This document shows, in pieces, positions 22,835-30,846 of a stretch of DNA of 49,103 nucleotides (position 1 is the stretch's first letter; every line of letters begins with the position of its first letter). Location: positions 1 through 49,103 of IMG/VR virus record IMGVR_UViG_3300012971_000025; one strand, written 5' to 3'. Position numbers and translations under genes: made by a program. Origin of the DNA: a virus. Its lineage: Duplodnaviria; Caudoviricetes. The notes under the pieces were generated by a model. The model had not been told where the DNA came from. It ran no database searches and saw nothing but the letters and a program-made list of their open reading frames with translations.

Positions 22835-23345
22835 CTCACCGACCAGCCGGATCTTCACCCAGGCGCTGATCAACCCGATCATGGGCCGGGTCTGGTCCAC
22901 GGCCGCGCCGACGACCTACGCCAACCTGTCCGCCGACGACGTGCGGGCGGCGCTGTTCAATAACTCGGTCTCCCCCGACGCGAGCGCGGCGGTGGGCAGC
23001 ACCGGATTCAACACCGGCACCTGGGTCACGGGCAACCAGGTGACCGACGCGACGAACTGGACCAGCCCGGGGCGGGCGCTGGGCACCAAGACGTTCTCCG
23101 CGCTGACCGCCGGGTCGCAGACCACGGCCAGCTCGGTGGCGTTCGACGCGGCCGACACCGCCGGCGCGGGGAACGTGACGCTGGCCAACGCGTACGGTGC
23201 CCTGGTCCACGACAACACGATCACCGCCGGGACGGTGGCCGCCCAGGGGATGTGCTTCAACTACTTCGGCGGCTCCCAGGGGGTCACGGGCGGGACGTTC
23301 ACGATCGTCTGGGATGTCAACGGCGTTTTCCGCATCACCAACTGA
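22818..23345 (+). CDS. beta-rich virion structural protein (neck/appendage region)
   Basis: GAGGAG RBS; ALFNN...VAFDAAD...GGTFTIVW pattern typical of phage structural proteins. Confidence 0.6.
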   Translation: MPWTDSSPTSRIFTQALINPIMGRVWSTAAPTTYANLSADDVRAALFNNSVSPDASAAVGSTGFNTGTWVTGNQVTDATNWTSPGRALGTKTFSALTAGSQTTASSVAFDAADTAGAGNVTLANAYGALVHDNTITAGTVAAQGMCFNYFGGSQGVTGGTFTIVWDVNGVFRITN

Positions 23346-23357
23346 GCGGGCCGCGCG

Positions 23358-24137
23358 GTGACGCTCCTGGTGCAGCCGTGCGCCGGGCCGAACGGCTCGG
23401 CCGTGACGAACGCCAATGCCTCGGGCGGCAACCAGTTCGTGAACGTCGGCCAGTCCGGCACCGGCACCGTGCATAACTGGGACAACGGGCAGACCATCCA
23501 CGGGAACGCCACCTCGCTCCTGCGGACCTTCCCGACCGTCGCGGCCACCGCCTATGAGGAGTGGACCAACGCCGTCGTCCCGGCCACGAATAACGCCTAC
23601 GGCCGCTGCTACATCTACCTGACGGCGTTTCCCTCGGTGAACACCCGGCTGGCCGCGTTCGGCGGGACGACCGGCACTTTGTGCTCCGCCTGCTCGGCCA
23701 TCACCTCGGGCGTGCTGCGGATGGGCGACACGGGCGGCGCGGCGATCACCTCGACCGTGGCGACGATCCCGCTCAACCAGTGGGTGCGGATCGAGTTCGA
23801 GCTAACGGGGATATCAGGCACGTCGGGCACCGCGACCTGCCGGTTCTACTCCGGGGCGAACCTGGAGGGCACGACGCCCGATACCAACGGGACGGCTACC
23901 CCAACGGCCTCGTCCAACATCACCGGCCAGGTCGGCAACCTCCGCTGGGGCGCGTTCGGCTCGGTCACCCAGACCACGGCTTTTAGCGAGCGGGCGAGCG
24001 ACCTGGCCTACTCCGACGTGTCGCAGCCTGGCCCGCTGGTGGCGGCGTCGCTGCTGCCGCAGCAGATCAAGCGCCGCTGGCCGGCCGTGTCCAGCCGGCT
24101 CACCACCCGCGACGCCCGCGCCACCTACGGGAGATGA
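23358..24137 (+). CDS. virion protein with putative lectin/ConA-like beta-sandwich
   Basis: Thr/Gly/Ser-rich beta pattern, IPLNQWVRIEF motif. Confidence 0.55.
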   Translation: MTLLVQPCAGPNGSAVTNANASGGNQFVNVGQSGTGTVHNWDNGQTIHGNATSLLRTFPTVAATAYEEWTNAVVPATNNAYGRCYIYLTAFPSVNTRLAAFGGTTGTLCSACSAITSGVLRMGDTGGAAITSTVATIPLNQWVRIEFELTGISGTSGTATCRFYSGANLEGTTPDTNGTATPTASSNITGQVGNLRWGAFGSVTQTTAFSERASDLAYSDVSQPGPLVAASLLPQQIKRRWPAVSSRLTTRDARATYGR

Positions 24138-24138
24138 C

Positions 24139-24411
24139 ATGGCTGCCCTGACCCAAGATCAGTGCCGGCGGGTGTTCACCGACACCGGGCCGCGCCAGTG
24201 GTCGCTGTTCGGCCTGTACGGGGTGACCACCGGGGACACGATCGACATGGCCGCGTTCAATTACTTCCGCGCGGTCACCAAGGCGATCGTGATGGGCTGC
24301 ACCGGGGCCGGGGCGGCTGCCCCGGCGCAGGCCGCTGGGGCGGTGGTCACGCTGCCCGCCAACCTCAACAATGACTCGGCGTACCTGCTGGTGGACGGGA
24401 TACCGGTGTGA
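24139..24411 (+). CDS. small virion-associated protein
   Basis: Tight operon packing, GGGAG RBS. Confidence 0.55.
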   Translation: MAALTQDQCRRVFTDTGPRQWSLFGLYGVTTGDTIDMAAFNYFRAVTKAIVMGCTGAGAAAPAQAAGAVVTLPANLNNDSAYLLVDGIPV

Positions 24412-24908
24412 GCGAGTACCTGGCCACCCCGCACGCCACCACAGCGCCGTTCGCGCCGACCGTGGTGGCGCTGGTCGGGGCCACGACCAAGACGGTCCTT
24501 CAGGTGGCGACGCCATCGACCACCGACATTCTGCTGCTCGGCTGGAGCATCAGCTTCGACGGCGCGTCCGGCACGGCGGTGCCGGTGATCTGCCAGCTCG
24601 CCGCCGTCGATGTCGCGGCGACGGTGACGGCGCTGACCCCGGAGACCTACGGCCACGACCAGCAGCCCGCGTCGCTGTGTGTCAGCGGCACGGCCGCGAC
24701 CGGCTACAACGCGAGCGTGGAGGGCACGATCACCGCGATCCGGGTGTTCGACCAGCAGCACGTCCACCCGCAGGCCGGCTACGGCGTGTTCTGGCCGGAA
24801 GGGGTGCGGCCCCGGGTGCCGGTGTCGCGGTTCGCCCGCATCCGCTGCACCGCGCCGGCCGGGGTGAACGTCATCCCGACGATCTACTGGGCTGAGCCGA
24901 GCGTCTAA
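24408..24908 (+). CDS. beta-rich virion-associated protein
   Basis: GTGA overlap; composition typical of structural beta proteins. Confidence 0.55.
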   Translation: MSEYLATPHATTAPFAPTVVALVGATTKTVLQVATPSTTDILLLGWSISFDGASGTAVPVICQLAAVDVAATVTALTPETYGHDQQPASLCVSGTAATGYNASVEGTITAIRVFDQQHVHPQAGYGVFWPEGVRPRVPVSRFARIRCTAPAGVNVIPTIYWAEPSV

Positions 24909-24923
24909 CCGGGGAGGCCGCCC

Positions 24924-26660
24924 GTGCCGTACTCCTCGGCGACTGTCCGCCGCGCTCCGGGTGTGCCGGTCCTGCCGTCCCAGGCGCAGGCCGGGACGGG
25001 GAACGCGGCAGTAGCTTCCGGTCTCGCTTCCGCGCCGCAGCCGGTCATCGCGGTCACGGTGAACGCGGGCCTGGCGAGCGGCGCTGCCTCCGCGCCGCAG
25101 CCGGTCCCGGCGGTCACAGCGAACGCCGGCCTGGCGTCCGGTGCCGCATCGGCCTCCGCGCCGACGGCAGCTCTCACCGTCGCGGCCACGGCGGCCACCG
25201 GCACGGCGCAGGCCCGGCAGCCGGTCCCGGCCGCCACCGTGAACGCGGGCCTGGCGTCGGGCACGGCCACGGCGCAGGCCACGGCCGAGGCGGAGACGGC
25301 CAGCGCGGGCCTGGCGTCCGGTGCTGCCTCAGCCCCGGCCCCGGTGTCGGCGGTCACCGCGAACGCGGCAGCGGCCACCGGCACAGCAGCGGCCCCGCAG
25401 CCAACGGTCTCCACCTCGGCGGGGACGAACGTCAACGCCGGCCTGGCCTCAGGTGCCGGGTCGGCGCAGGCTCCTACCGTCGCGGAGGCGGCGAACGCCA
25501 CGGCAGCGGCCGGGCAGGCGAGCGCACCAGCGCCGGTCGCGGCGGAGACGGTCCCGGCTGGGCTCCCCACGGGCCTGGCGGCGGCCCGCCAGCCGCTCCC
25601 GGCAGTGGGCGCGGTCCCGGCTGCGGCCACGGGCCTGGCGGCGTCGCGGCAGCCGTCCACAGCGGAGACGGTCCCGGCGGGCCTGGCGTCTGGCACGGGC
25701 TCGGCCCAGGCCACCACCTTCACGTACGCGCTGGCGGGCCTGGCCAGCGGGCAGGCGTCCGCGCCGCAGGCGTCGGTGACGACGACCGGCACGACGAACG
25801 CGAACGCGGGCCTGGCGTCCGGGTCGGCGCTGGCCCCGTCGCCGTCCACGCAGGTGACCACCACGGCGGCCGTCGCGGCCGGTGCCGGTGCGGCCCCAGC
25901 GGCAACCGGGCTCGGCGCTTCGGCCCCGGCGGCGGGCCTGGCGGCCGGGGCCGGGCAGGCGCGGCAGCCGTCCACGGCGCTGACCACCACGGCGGCGGCA
26001 GCGGCGGGGCAGGCAGGTGCGCCAGCGGCGGTGCCAGCCGCTGCGGTGACGCCGGGGCTCGCGTCCGGGACCGGCTCGGCGGGCGCGGCGACGCCGGCGG
26101 AGACAGCCGCTGCCGGGCTGGCGTCCGGGACGGGGTCGGCGCTGGCGGTGTCGGCGGGCGGTGGCGTGTTCGTCACGGCCGGGCTGGCGTCCGGCCAGGC
26201 GTCGGCGCAGGCCCCGTCCAGCGCCGTCCGCGCACCGGCCCCAGCGGCGTCCGGGCAGGCGCTTGTGGCCACCACGGTCGCGGCGGTCACGGTCCCCGCC
26301 GGGCTGGCGTCCGGGTCCGCGTCGGCCACGGCGATCGGCGGCGGGCACCTGGCGGGCCTGCCGTCCGGGTCCGCGTCCGCGCTTCCGGCGCTGGTGAGGA
26401 TCACCGTCGCGGCGCAGCTCGCCGCCGGGTCCGCGCAAGCGCCGCAGGCGTCAGTGCACGCGGTCATCCCGGCCTCGTTCGGTACCGCCGTGGCCGGCGG
26501 TGGGCCGCTGGTGGCGAGCGCCGCTGGCTCCGGGCTCGCGGGAGGGTCCGAAGCCGGCGGGGCTCCCGCTGGCACATCGCGGGAGGGTGAGCTGCTGCTC
26601 ACCTCGGCCGCCGCCGGGGCGGCGAGCCCCGCCACCTCGGAACAGGCTGGGAGGCCGTGA
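24924..26660 (+). CDS. Ala/Thr/Ser/Gly-rich repeat fibre protein (~20-aa unit with AGLASG core)
   Basis: 11 exact AGLASG copies plus degenerate ones; GGGAGG RBS. Confidence 0.7.
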   Translation: MPYSSATVRRAPGVPVLPSQAQAGTGNAAVASGLASAPQPVIAVTVNAGLASGAASAPQPVPAVTANAGLASGAASASAPTAALTVAATAATGTAQARQPVPAATVNAGLASGTATAQATAEAETASAGLASGAASAPAPVSAVTANAAAATGTAAAPQPTVSTSAGTNVNAGLASGAGSAQAPTVAEAANATAAAGQASAPAPVAAETVPAGLPTGLAAARQPLPAVGAVPAAATGLAASRQPSTAETVPAGLASGTGSAQATTFTYALAGLASGQASAPQASVTTTGTTNANAGLASGSALAPSPSTQVTTTAAVAAGAGAAPAATGLGASAPAAGLAAGAGQARQPSTALTTTAAAAAGQAGAPAAVPAAAVTPGLASGTGSAGAATPAETAAAGLASGTGSALAVSAGGGVFVTAGLASGQASAQAPSSAVRAPAPAASGQALVATTVAAVTVPAGLASGSASATAIGGGHLAGLPSGSASALPALVRITVAAQLAAGSAQAPQASVHAVIPASFGTAVAGGGPLVASAAGSGLAGGSEAGGAPAGTSREGELLLTSAAAGAASPATSEQAGRP

Positions 26661-27457
26661 TGCTGGTCGCGGGGCAGGTGTATGAGTCCACGCTGAAGGT
26701 CGGCGACGGGTCCACCCCGGCGTCATCGGTCGTGCTGACGATCACCAAGCCGGACGGCACGACCGTGGCGGGGGTGACGCCGGTCAACAGCCCGCCGGGC
26801 TCGGGCTTCTACCTGTACGACTACACGCTGCCCGCGCCGGGGCTGTACCAGTTCGCGTGGGTGACGCAGGGCCCCGGCACCGCGCCGCGCCCGGAGTTCA
26901 TCAACTGCCGGTCGTTCATCTCGGTCGTGTCCACGGCGGAGATCTACGCCCACCTGAACAAGGCGAAGGACACCGACTACGACGAGCTGGGCGCGTTCAT
27001 GATGGCCGCGACCGAGCTGGTGGAGTCCAAGGTCGGGATCTGCGTGCCCCGGTCGTTCACGGCCCGGGTGGCCGAGGGCCGCTGGCAGCTCGTGCTGCCT
27101 GACCGGCCGGTGATCTCGGTGAGCCTGGTCAAGTCGATCTGGTCCGGTGGGCCGCAGTGGGATTCGACGGTGCTGAGCGTGGACGGCGAGGCGGGGATCG
27201 TGTACCAGCCGGCGCAGTTCGACTTTTGGTGGGGGCCGTGGGATGTGACCTACCTCGCCGGCCGCCAGGTGATCCCGGAGCGGTGGGTGCACGCGGCGAA
27301 GGAGCAGGTGCGGCACCTGTGGGAGACCCAGCGCGGCGGGCAGCCGCCGACGGTGCTGGCCGGTGAGGAGATCTACACCGCGACGTCCGGCTGGACGTTC
27401 AGCGTGCCCCGGCGGGTGCTGGAGCTGCTGGAGCAGGACATGGTGCCGTCGTCGTGA
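26660..27457 (+). CDS. head-tail adaptor (gp6/gp15-like) with an extra N-terminal Ig-like domain
   Basis: N-terminal LTITKPDGT...G.YLYDY...PGLYQFAW; then AHLN...ELGAFMMAATELVE, PVISV, VTYLAG, AAKEQVRHLWETQR. Confidence 0.8.
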   Translation: MLVAGQVYESTLKVGDGSTPASSVVLTITKPDGTTVAGVTPVNSPPGSGFYLYDYTLPAPGLYQFAWVTQGPGTAPRPEFINCRSFISVVSTAEIYAHLNKAKDTDYDELGAFMMAATELVESKVGICVPRSFTARVAEGRWQLVLPDRPVISVSLVKSIWSGGPQWDSTVLSVDGEAGIVYQPAQFDFWWGPWDVTYLAGRQVIPERWVHAAKEQVRHLWETQRGGQPPTVLAGEEIYTATSGWTFSVPRRVLELLEQDMVPSS

Positions 27458-27906
27458 GCTGGTCATCGACGGTGCCGCTGGCGATGACCGCGCTGGTCAC
27501 CCGGTTCAGCGTGATCCCACTGAACGGCGAGGTCCGCGACGGCCCGCAGCTCGGCGACTCGGCGGCCCGCGAGGTGATCACGGTCGGGTACATCGGCCCC
27601 GAGGATGACACCGCCACCGATGTGGCCCTGACCAAGGCCGACCTGGGCGCGGGGCAGCAGGAGGCGTACCAGATCCACTGTGCGATAGCGGTCCAGGCCG
27701 GCGATGAGGATGTGGCGGCCACCCGCACGCGGGCGTTTGAGATCTTCTCCGCGTGCGGCGCGGTGGTGCAGAACAACGGCACGCTCGGCGGCGTCGTCGC
27801 CAGCGCCGACATGGGGTCGTGGACGCTGCGGCAGGACGAGACGACCGGCGGCATGTACTGCCGCATCAGGTTCGACGTGGAGATCACCGGGTTCACCGGT
27901 CACTGA
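27454..27906 (+). CDS. probable tail terminator/completion protein
   Basis: Position after adaptor; V.DGP, E.YQIHCAI, TLGGVV pattern. Confidence 0.6.
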   Translation: MSWSSTVPLAMTALVTRFSVIPLNGEVRDGPQLGDSAAREVITVGYIGPEDDTATDVALTKADLGAGQQEAYQIHCAIAVQAGDEDVAATRTRAFEIFSACGAVVQNNGTLGGVVASADMGSWTLRQDETTGGMYCRIRFDVEITGFTGH

Positions 27907-27921
27907 TGCAAGGAGACGGGC

Positions 27922-28263
27922 ATGGCCGCATACACGGCGCAGGCGTTCCCCCACGCGGGCGGGCCGATCACCTACACCCAGCCCGCGACGGGCACCGGCA
28001 ACACGGCCGTCGCGGGGCAGGACTGCGCCCTGATCGTCAAGAACGGGTCGGGCTCCCCGGTCACCGTGACGATCGTGGTGCCGGCGGCCAAGACGTTCGA
28101 CGGGCTGGTGATCCCGAACCGGACGCTGTCGGTCGCGGCGGGCGCGGACGCGATCATGCCGCTGGTCGATAACACCTACACCGACCCGGCGACCGGGCTG
28201 GTCACCTGGGGTGTGTCGGCGAACACCTCGGTCAACGCGGCCGAGGTCACCACCTCTACCTGA
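27922..28263 (+). CDS. small virion protein
   Basis: AAGGAG RBS; LIVKNGSGSPVTVTI beta pattern. Confidence 0.6.
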   Translation: MAAYTAQAFPHAGGPITYTQPATGTGNTAVAGQDCALIVKNGSGSPVTVTIVVPAAKTFDGLVIPNRTLSVAAGADAIMPLVDNTYTDPATGLVTWGVSANTSVNAAEVTTST

Positions 28264-28273
28264 GGAGCGCGGC

Positions 28274-28540
28274 ATGGAGTTCCTGCCCGGGGCCGACCCC
28301 GGCTTCATCAAGATCATCCACCCGGAGACCGGCAACCAGGCCGAGGTGTACAACGACGGCGCGGCGCTGGCCCAGTACTGGCAGACCGGCTGGGTGCCGC
28401 TCACCGCCGAGGACGCCAAGCCGGCCGAGGCCGAGCCCGGCACACCCGCACCGATGACTGAGGCCCAGGTGGCCGAGGGGCTGGCGGCGGAGAAGCCAGC
28501 CGCGTCCAGCAAGTCCGCCAAGAGCACCACCAAGGAGTGA
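28274..28540 (+). CDS. small hypothetical protein preceding the tail tube gene
   Basis: GAGGAG RBS; IHPETG...GW motif. Confidence 0.6.
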   Translation: MEFLPGADPGFIKIIHPETGNQAEVYNDGAALAQYWQTGWVPLTAEDAKPAEAEPGTPAPMTEAQVAEGLAAEKPAASSKSAKSTTKE

Positions 28541-28547
28541 GCGCACG

Positions 28548-29027
28548 ATGGCACCTCCGCCGCTGACCGTCACCACCCGCTACGTCCCGGAAGGGACCCG
28601 GAAGATCTACTGGGTCGCGACGATCGCGACCTACACCGCCCCGACGCGGCCTGAGCTGAACGCGGGCATCGACCTGTCGAATGAGATCGCGGAGATCACC
28701 GGCTTCACCGTCAGCTCCGACACGGTGGACGTGCCGGACCTGAGCGGCCGGTTCACGGCCAAGGTCGCCGGGCGGATCAATGCGGCCGACTCGGCGATCC
28801 GGTTCTACGCGTCGTCCACCTCCAACGACGTCCGCACGGTGCTGCCCCGCGACACGGTCGGCTACGTGGTGACCTTGTGGGAGGGCGACGTCACCGGGCA
28901 GAAGATGGACGTGTGGCCGGTGAAGGTGACCGCCGCGTCGGTGCAGACCGGCATTGACGACCCGGCCTCCATCGAGATCGGGTTCGTGATCACCCGCGTC
29001 CCGGCGCAGAACGTCGCGATCCCCTGA
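28548..29027 (+). CDS. major tail (tube) protein, actinophage type
   Basis: WVATIA...PTRPELNAGIDLS..I....GF...PDL..RF...GR; KMDVWPV. Confidence 0.85.
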   Translation: MAPPPLTVTTRYVPEGTRKIYWVATIATYTAPTRPELNAGIDLSNEIAEITGFTVSSDTVDVPDLSGRFTAKVAGRINAADSAIRFYASSTSNDVRTVLPRDTVGYVVTLWEGDVTGQKMDVWPVKVTAASVQTGIDDPASIEIGFVITRVPAQNVAIP

Positions 29028-29030
29028 CCG

Positions 29031-29558
29031 ATGGATGACATGGCGGCCCTGCGCCTGGCGCTGGAGGTGCAGCGGTTCAACCCGAACCACGCGCCACCGG
29101 GCCCGGCGGGCGGCCAGTTCACCTCGGCCGGCCAGGGCGGCCAGCAGCAGGCGAAGGGGAGCCGGGCGCAGCGCAAGGCGGTGCTGCTGAAGCAGGCCCG
29201 CGCTGACCGGCACGAGGCGGCGCTGCTGGGCAGGGAGCTGGCCAACGACGAGGCGCAGCTCCGGGCCCAGGCCACCTCGGCTCACCACGCGGGGCAGCGG
29301 GCGGCGGGCAGGCAGGCGCGGGGGACGGCGAAGCCGGGCACGGCGGCGCAGCACCGCGCCCAGCAGAAGTCGCACGCGGGCGCGGCGGGGCACCTGCACC
29401 GCCAGGGCCAGCGGCACCGGGCGCACCACCACGGGCGGGCGGCGCACCACCACGCCAACGCGGCGGCGCTGGCGCAGCGGATCACCGTGCTGAAGGCGCG
29501 GATCAAGACACTGCTGACGGCCGCCGCGCACGCGGAGGCCCAGGCGAAGAAGCTGTAG
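29031..29558 (+). CDS. tagged basic, His-rich helical protein
   Basis: QRFNPNHAPPGPAGGQF tag; HRAHHHGRAAHHHA segment. Confidence 0.7.
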   Translation: MDDMAALRLALEVQRFNPNHAPPGPAGGQFTSAGQGGQQQAKGSRAQRKAVLLKQARADRHEAALLGRELANDEAQLRAQATSAHHAGQRAAGRQARGTAKPGTAAQHRAQQKSHAGAAGHLHRQGQRHRAHHHGRAAHHHANAAALAQRITVLKARIKTLLTAAAHAEAQAKKL

Positions 29559-29587
29559 GACCTACTGGGAAAGGGGAGCATCCGGCC

Positions 29588-30049
29588 ATGCTTCTGAACC
29601 GTGACGACATCCTGAAGGCCGACGACCGGCCGATCGAGACCGTGCCCGTCCCCGAATGGGGGGGCGAGGTGCTGGTGCGCGGCATGTCCGGCGAGGGCCG
29701 CAACGAATACGAGGCGTCGCTGGCGATCATGCGCGGCGGGCAGCTCGTGCCCGAGGTGTCGAACACGCTGGCCAAGCTGGTCGCCCGGTGCATCGTCGGC
29801 GAGGACGGCGAGCCGGTGTTCAGCCAGTCGGACGTGCACGCGCTGGGGCAGAAGTCAGCGGCGGCGCTGGAGCGGGTCGGCAACGCCGCCGCCCGGCTGT
29901 CGGGGATCTCGATCGGTGAGCTGGAGGTGGAGGTGGACCTGGAAAAAGGCTCCGCGCTAGTCCAAGACGCCAGTTCTACTTCCGGCTCGCGCTCCTCCTC
30001 GGACGCACCGTCCGGGAACTCCTCGCGGCGGCGTCCAGCCGCGAGCTGA
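29588..30049 (+). CDS. tail assembly chaperone (G)
   Basis: LNRDDIL...VPEWGGEVLVRGMSG...LVARCIV..DG.PVF; located between tube and tape measure. Confidence 0.85.
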   Translation: MLLNRDDILKADDRPIETVPVPEWGGEVLVRGMSGEGRNEYEASLAIMRGGQLVPEVSNTLAKLVARCIVGEDGEPVFSQSDVHALGQKSAAALERVGNAAARLSGISIGELEVEVDLEKGSALVQDASSTSGSRSSSDAPSGNSSRRRPAAS

Positions 30050-30159
30050 CCGAGTGGATCGCGTACCTGAAGATCATGGATGAGCAGCGGGTGCGGCAGG
30101 CCGCCGGGCCGGCCGTGCCGGACGGCGACGGCAGGCAGGTCAACACGCGGGGGCTGTGA
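29947..30159 (+). CDS. -1 frameshift extension of the tail chaperone (GT product 29588-30159)
   Basis: Slippery GGAAAAA at 29941-29947; -1 frame reads RQFYFRLALLLGRTVRELLAAASSRELTEWIAY and stops at 30157-30159, coupled to the next ATG. Confidence 0.85.
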   Translation, partial: RLRASPRRQFYFRLALLLGRTVRELLAAASSRELTEWIAYLKIMDEQRVRQAAGPAVPDGDGRQVNTRGL

Positions 30160-30713
30160 TGGCGGAGATCGCGGGCAACGGGCCGCGTGAGCTGAAGGAG
30201 CTGGCGGCGAAGCTGGCCGTGGCCGACCCGAAGCTGCGGACGTCGCTGCGGAAGAAGCTGCGGGAGATCGCCCGGCCGGTGAACGAGGCGGTGCGGAACG
30301 AGATCCTGACCGGCACGGGGTGGCACGCGGCCCCGGCGGGCCCGACCCGGACCCACGGCAAGCCGGGGCGCACCTACCACCATGTGCCCGGGTCGCTGCG
30401 CAAGGAGATCGCCGACACGGTGCGGACCTCGGTGGGCGCGTCCCGCGTGGGGGTGCGGATGGACATCGTGTCCACCGGCCGGCGGATGCCGCCGGGCAAG
30501 CAGACCCTGCCGGTGCACACCGACCGGCGGCGCGGCTGGGGCCACCCGGTGTTCCTGCACGGCACGGTCGCGGCGCGGCCACGGCAGCAGTGGGCCTGGG
30601 TGCGGGAGTGGGGCCCGGCCGGATGGTTCGAGGAGGGCGGCACCCGGGCGGGCAGAGCCGCCCAGGCCGCCGCGAAGGACGCCCTGGACGAGGTCCGGGA
30701 CTTCCTGTCCTGA
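30159..30713 (+). CDS. HK97 gp10-like tail completion protein
   Basis: ELKELAAKL...LRKKLREIARP...GSLR..IA...WGHPVF...GWF pattern. Confidence 0.6.
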   Translation: MAEIAGNGPRELKELAAKLAVADPKLRTSLRKKLREIARPVNEAVRNEILTGTGWHAAPAGPTRTHGKPGRTYHHVPGSLRKEIADTVRTSVGASRVGVRMDIVSTGRRMPPGKQTLPVHTDRRRGWGHPVFLHGTVAARPRQQWAWVREWGPAGWFEEGGTRAGRAAQAAAKDALDEVRDFLS

Positions 30714-30752
30714 CCGCCCCTGTGCGGCCCGCAGAGCGCCGCTGACGGACTT

Positions 30753-30805
30753 GCCCCTGGGGGCCTGGCGTCGCCACCCCTGGCGCACGCGTGGCCCCCA
30801 GGGGC
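30753..30805. repeat. 13-bp perfect inverted repeat in the intergenic gap before the tape measure gene
   Basis: GCCCCTGGGGGCC (30753-30765) / GGCCCCCAGGGGC (30793-30805). Confidence 0.85.
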
Positions 30806-30846
30806 CCTTACGCGTCTAGCCGACGGCAACGGAGAGGAGGAGCACG

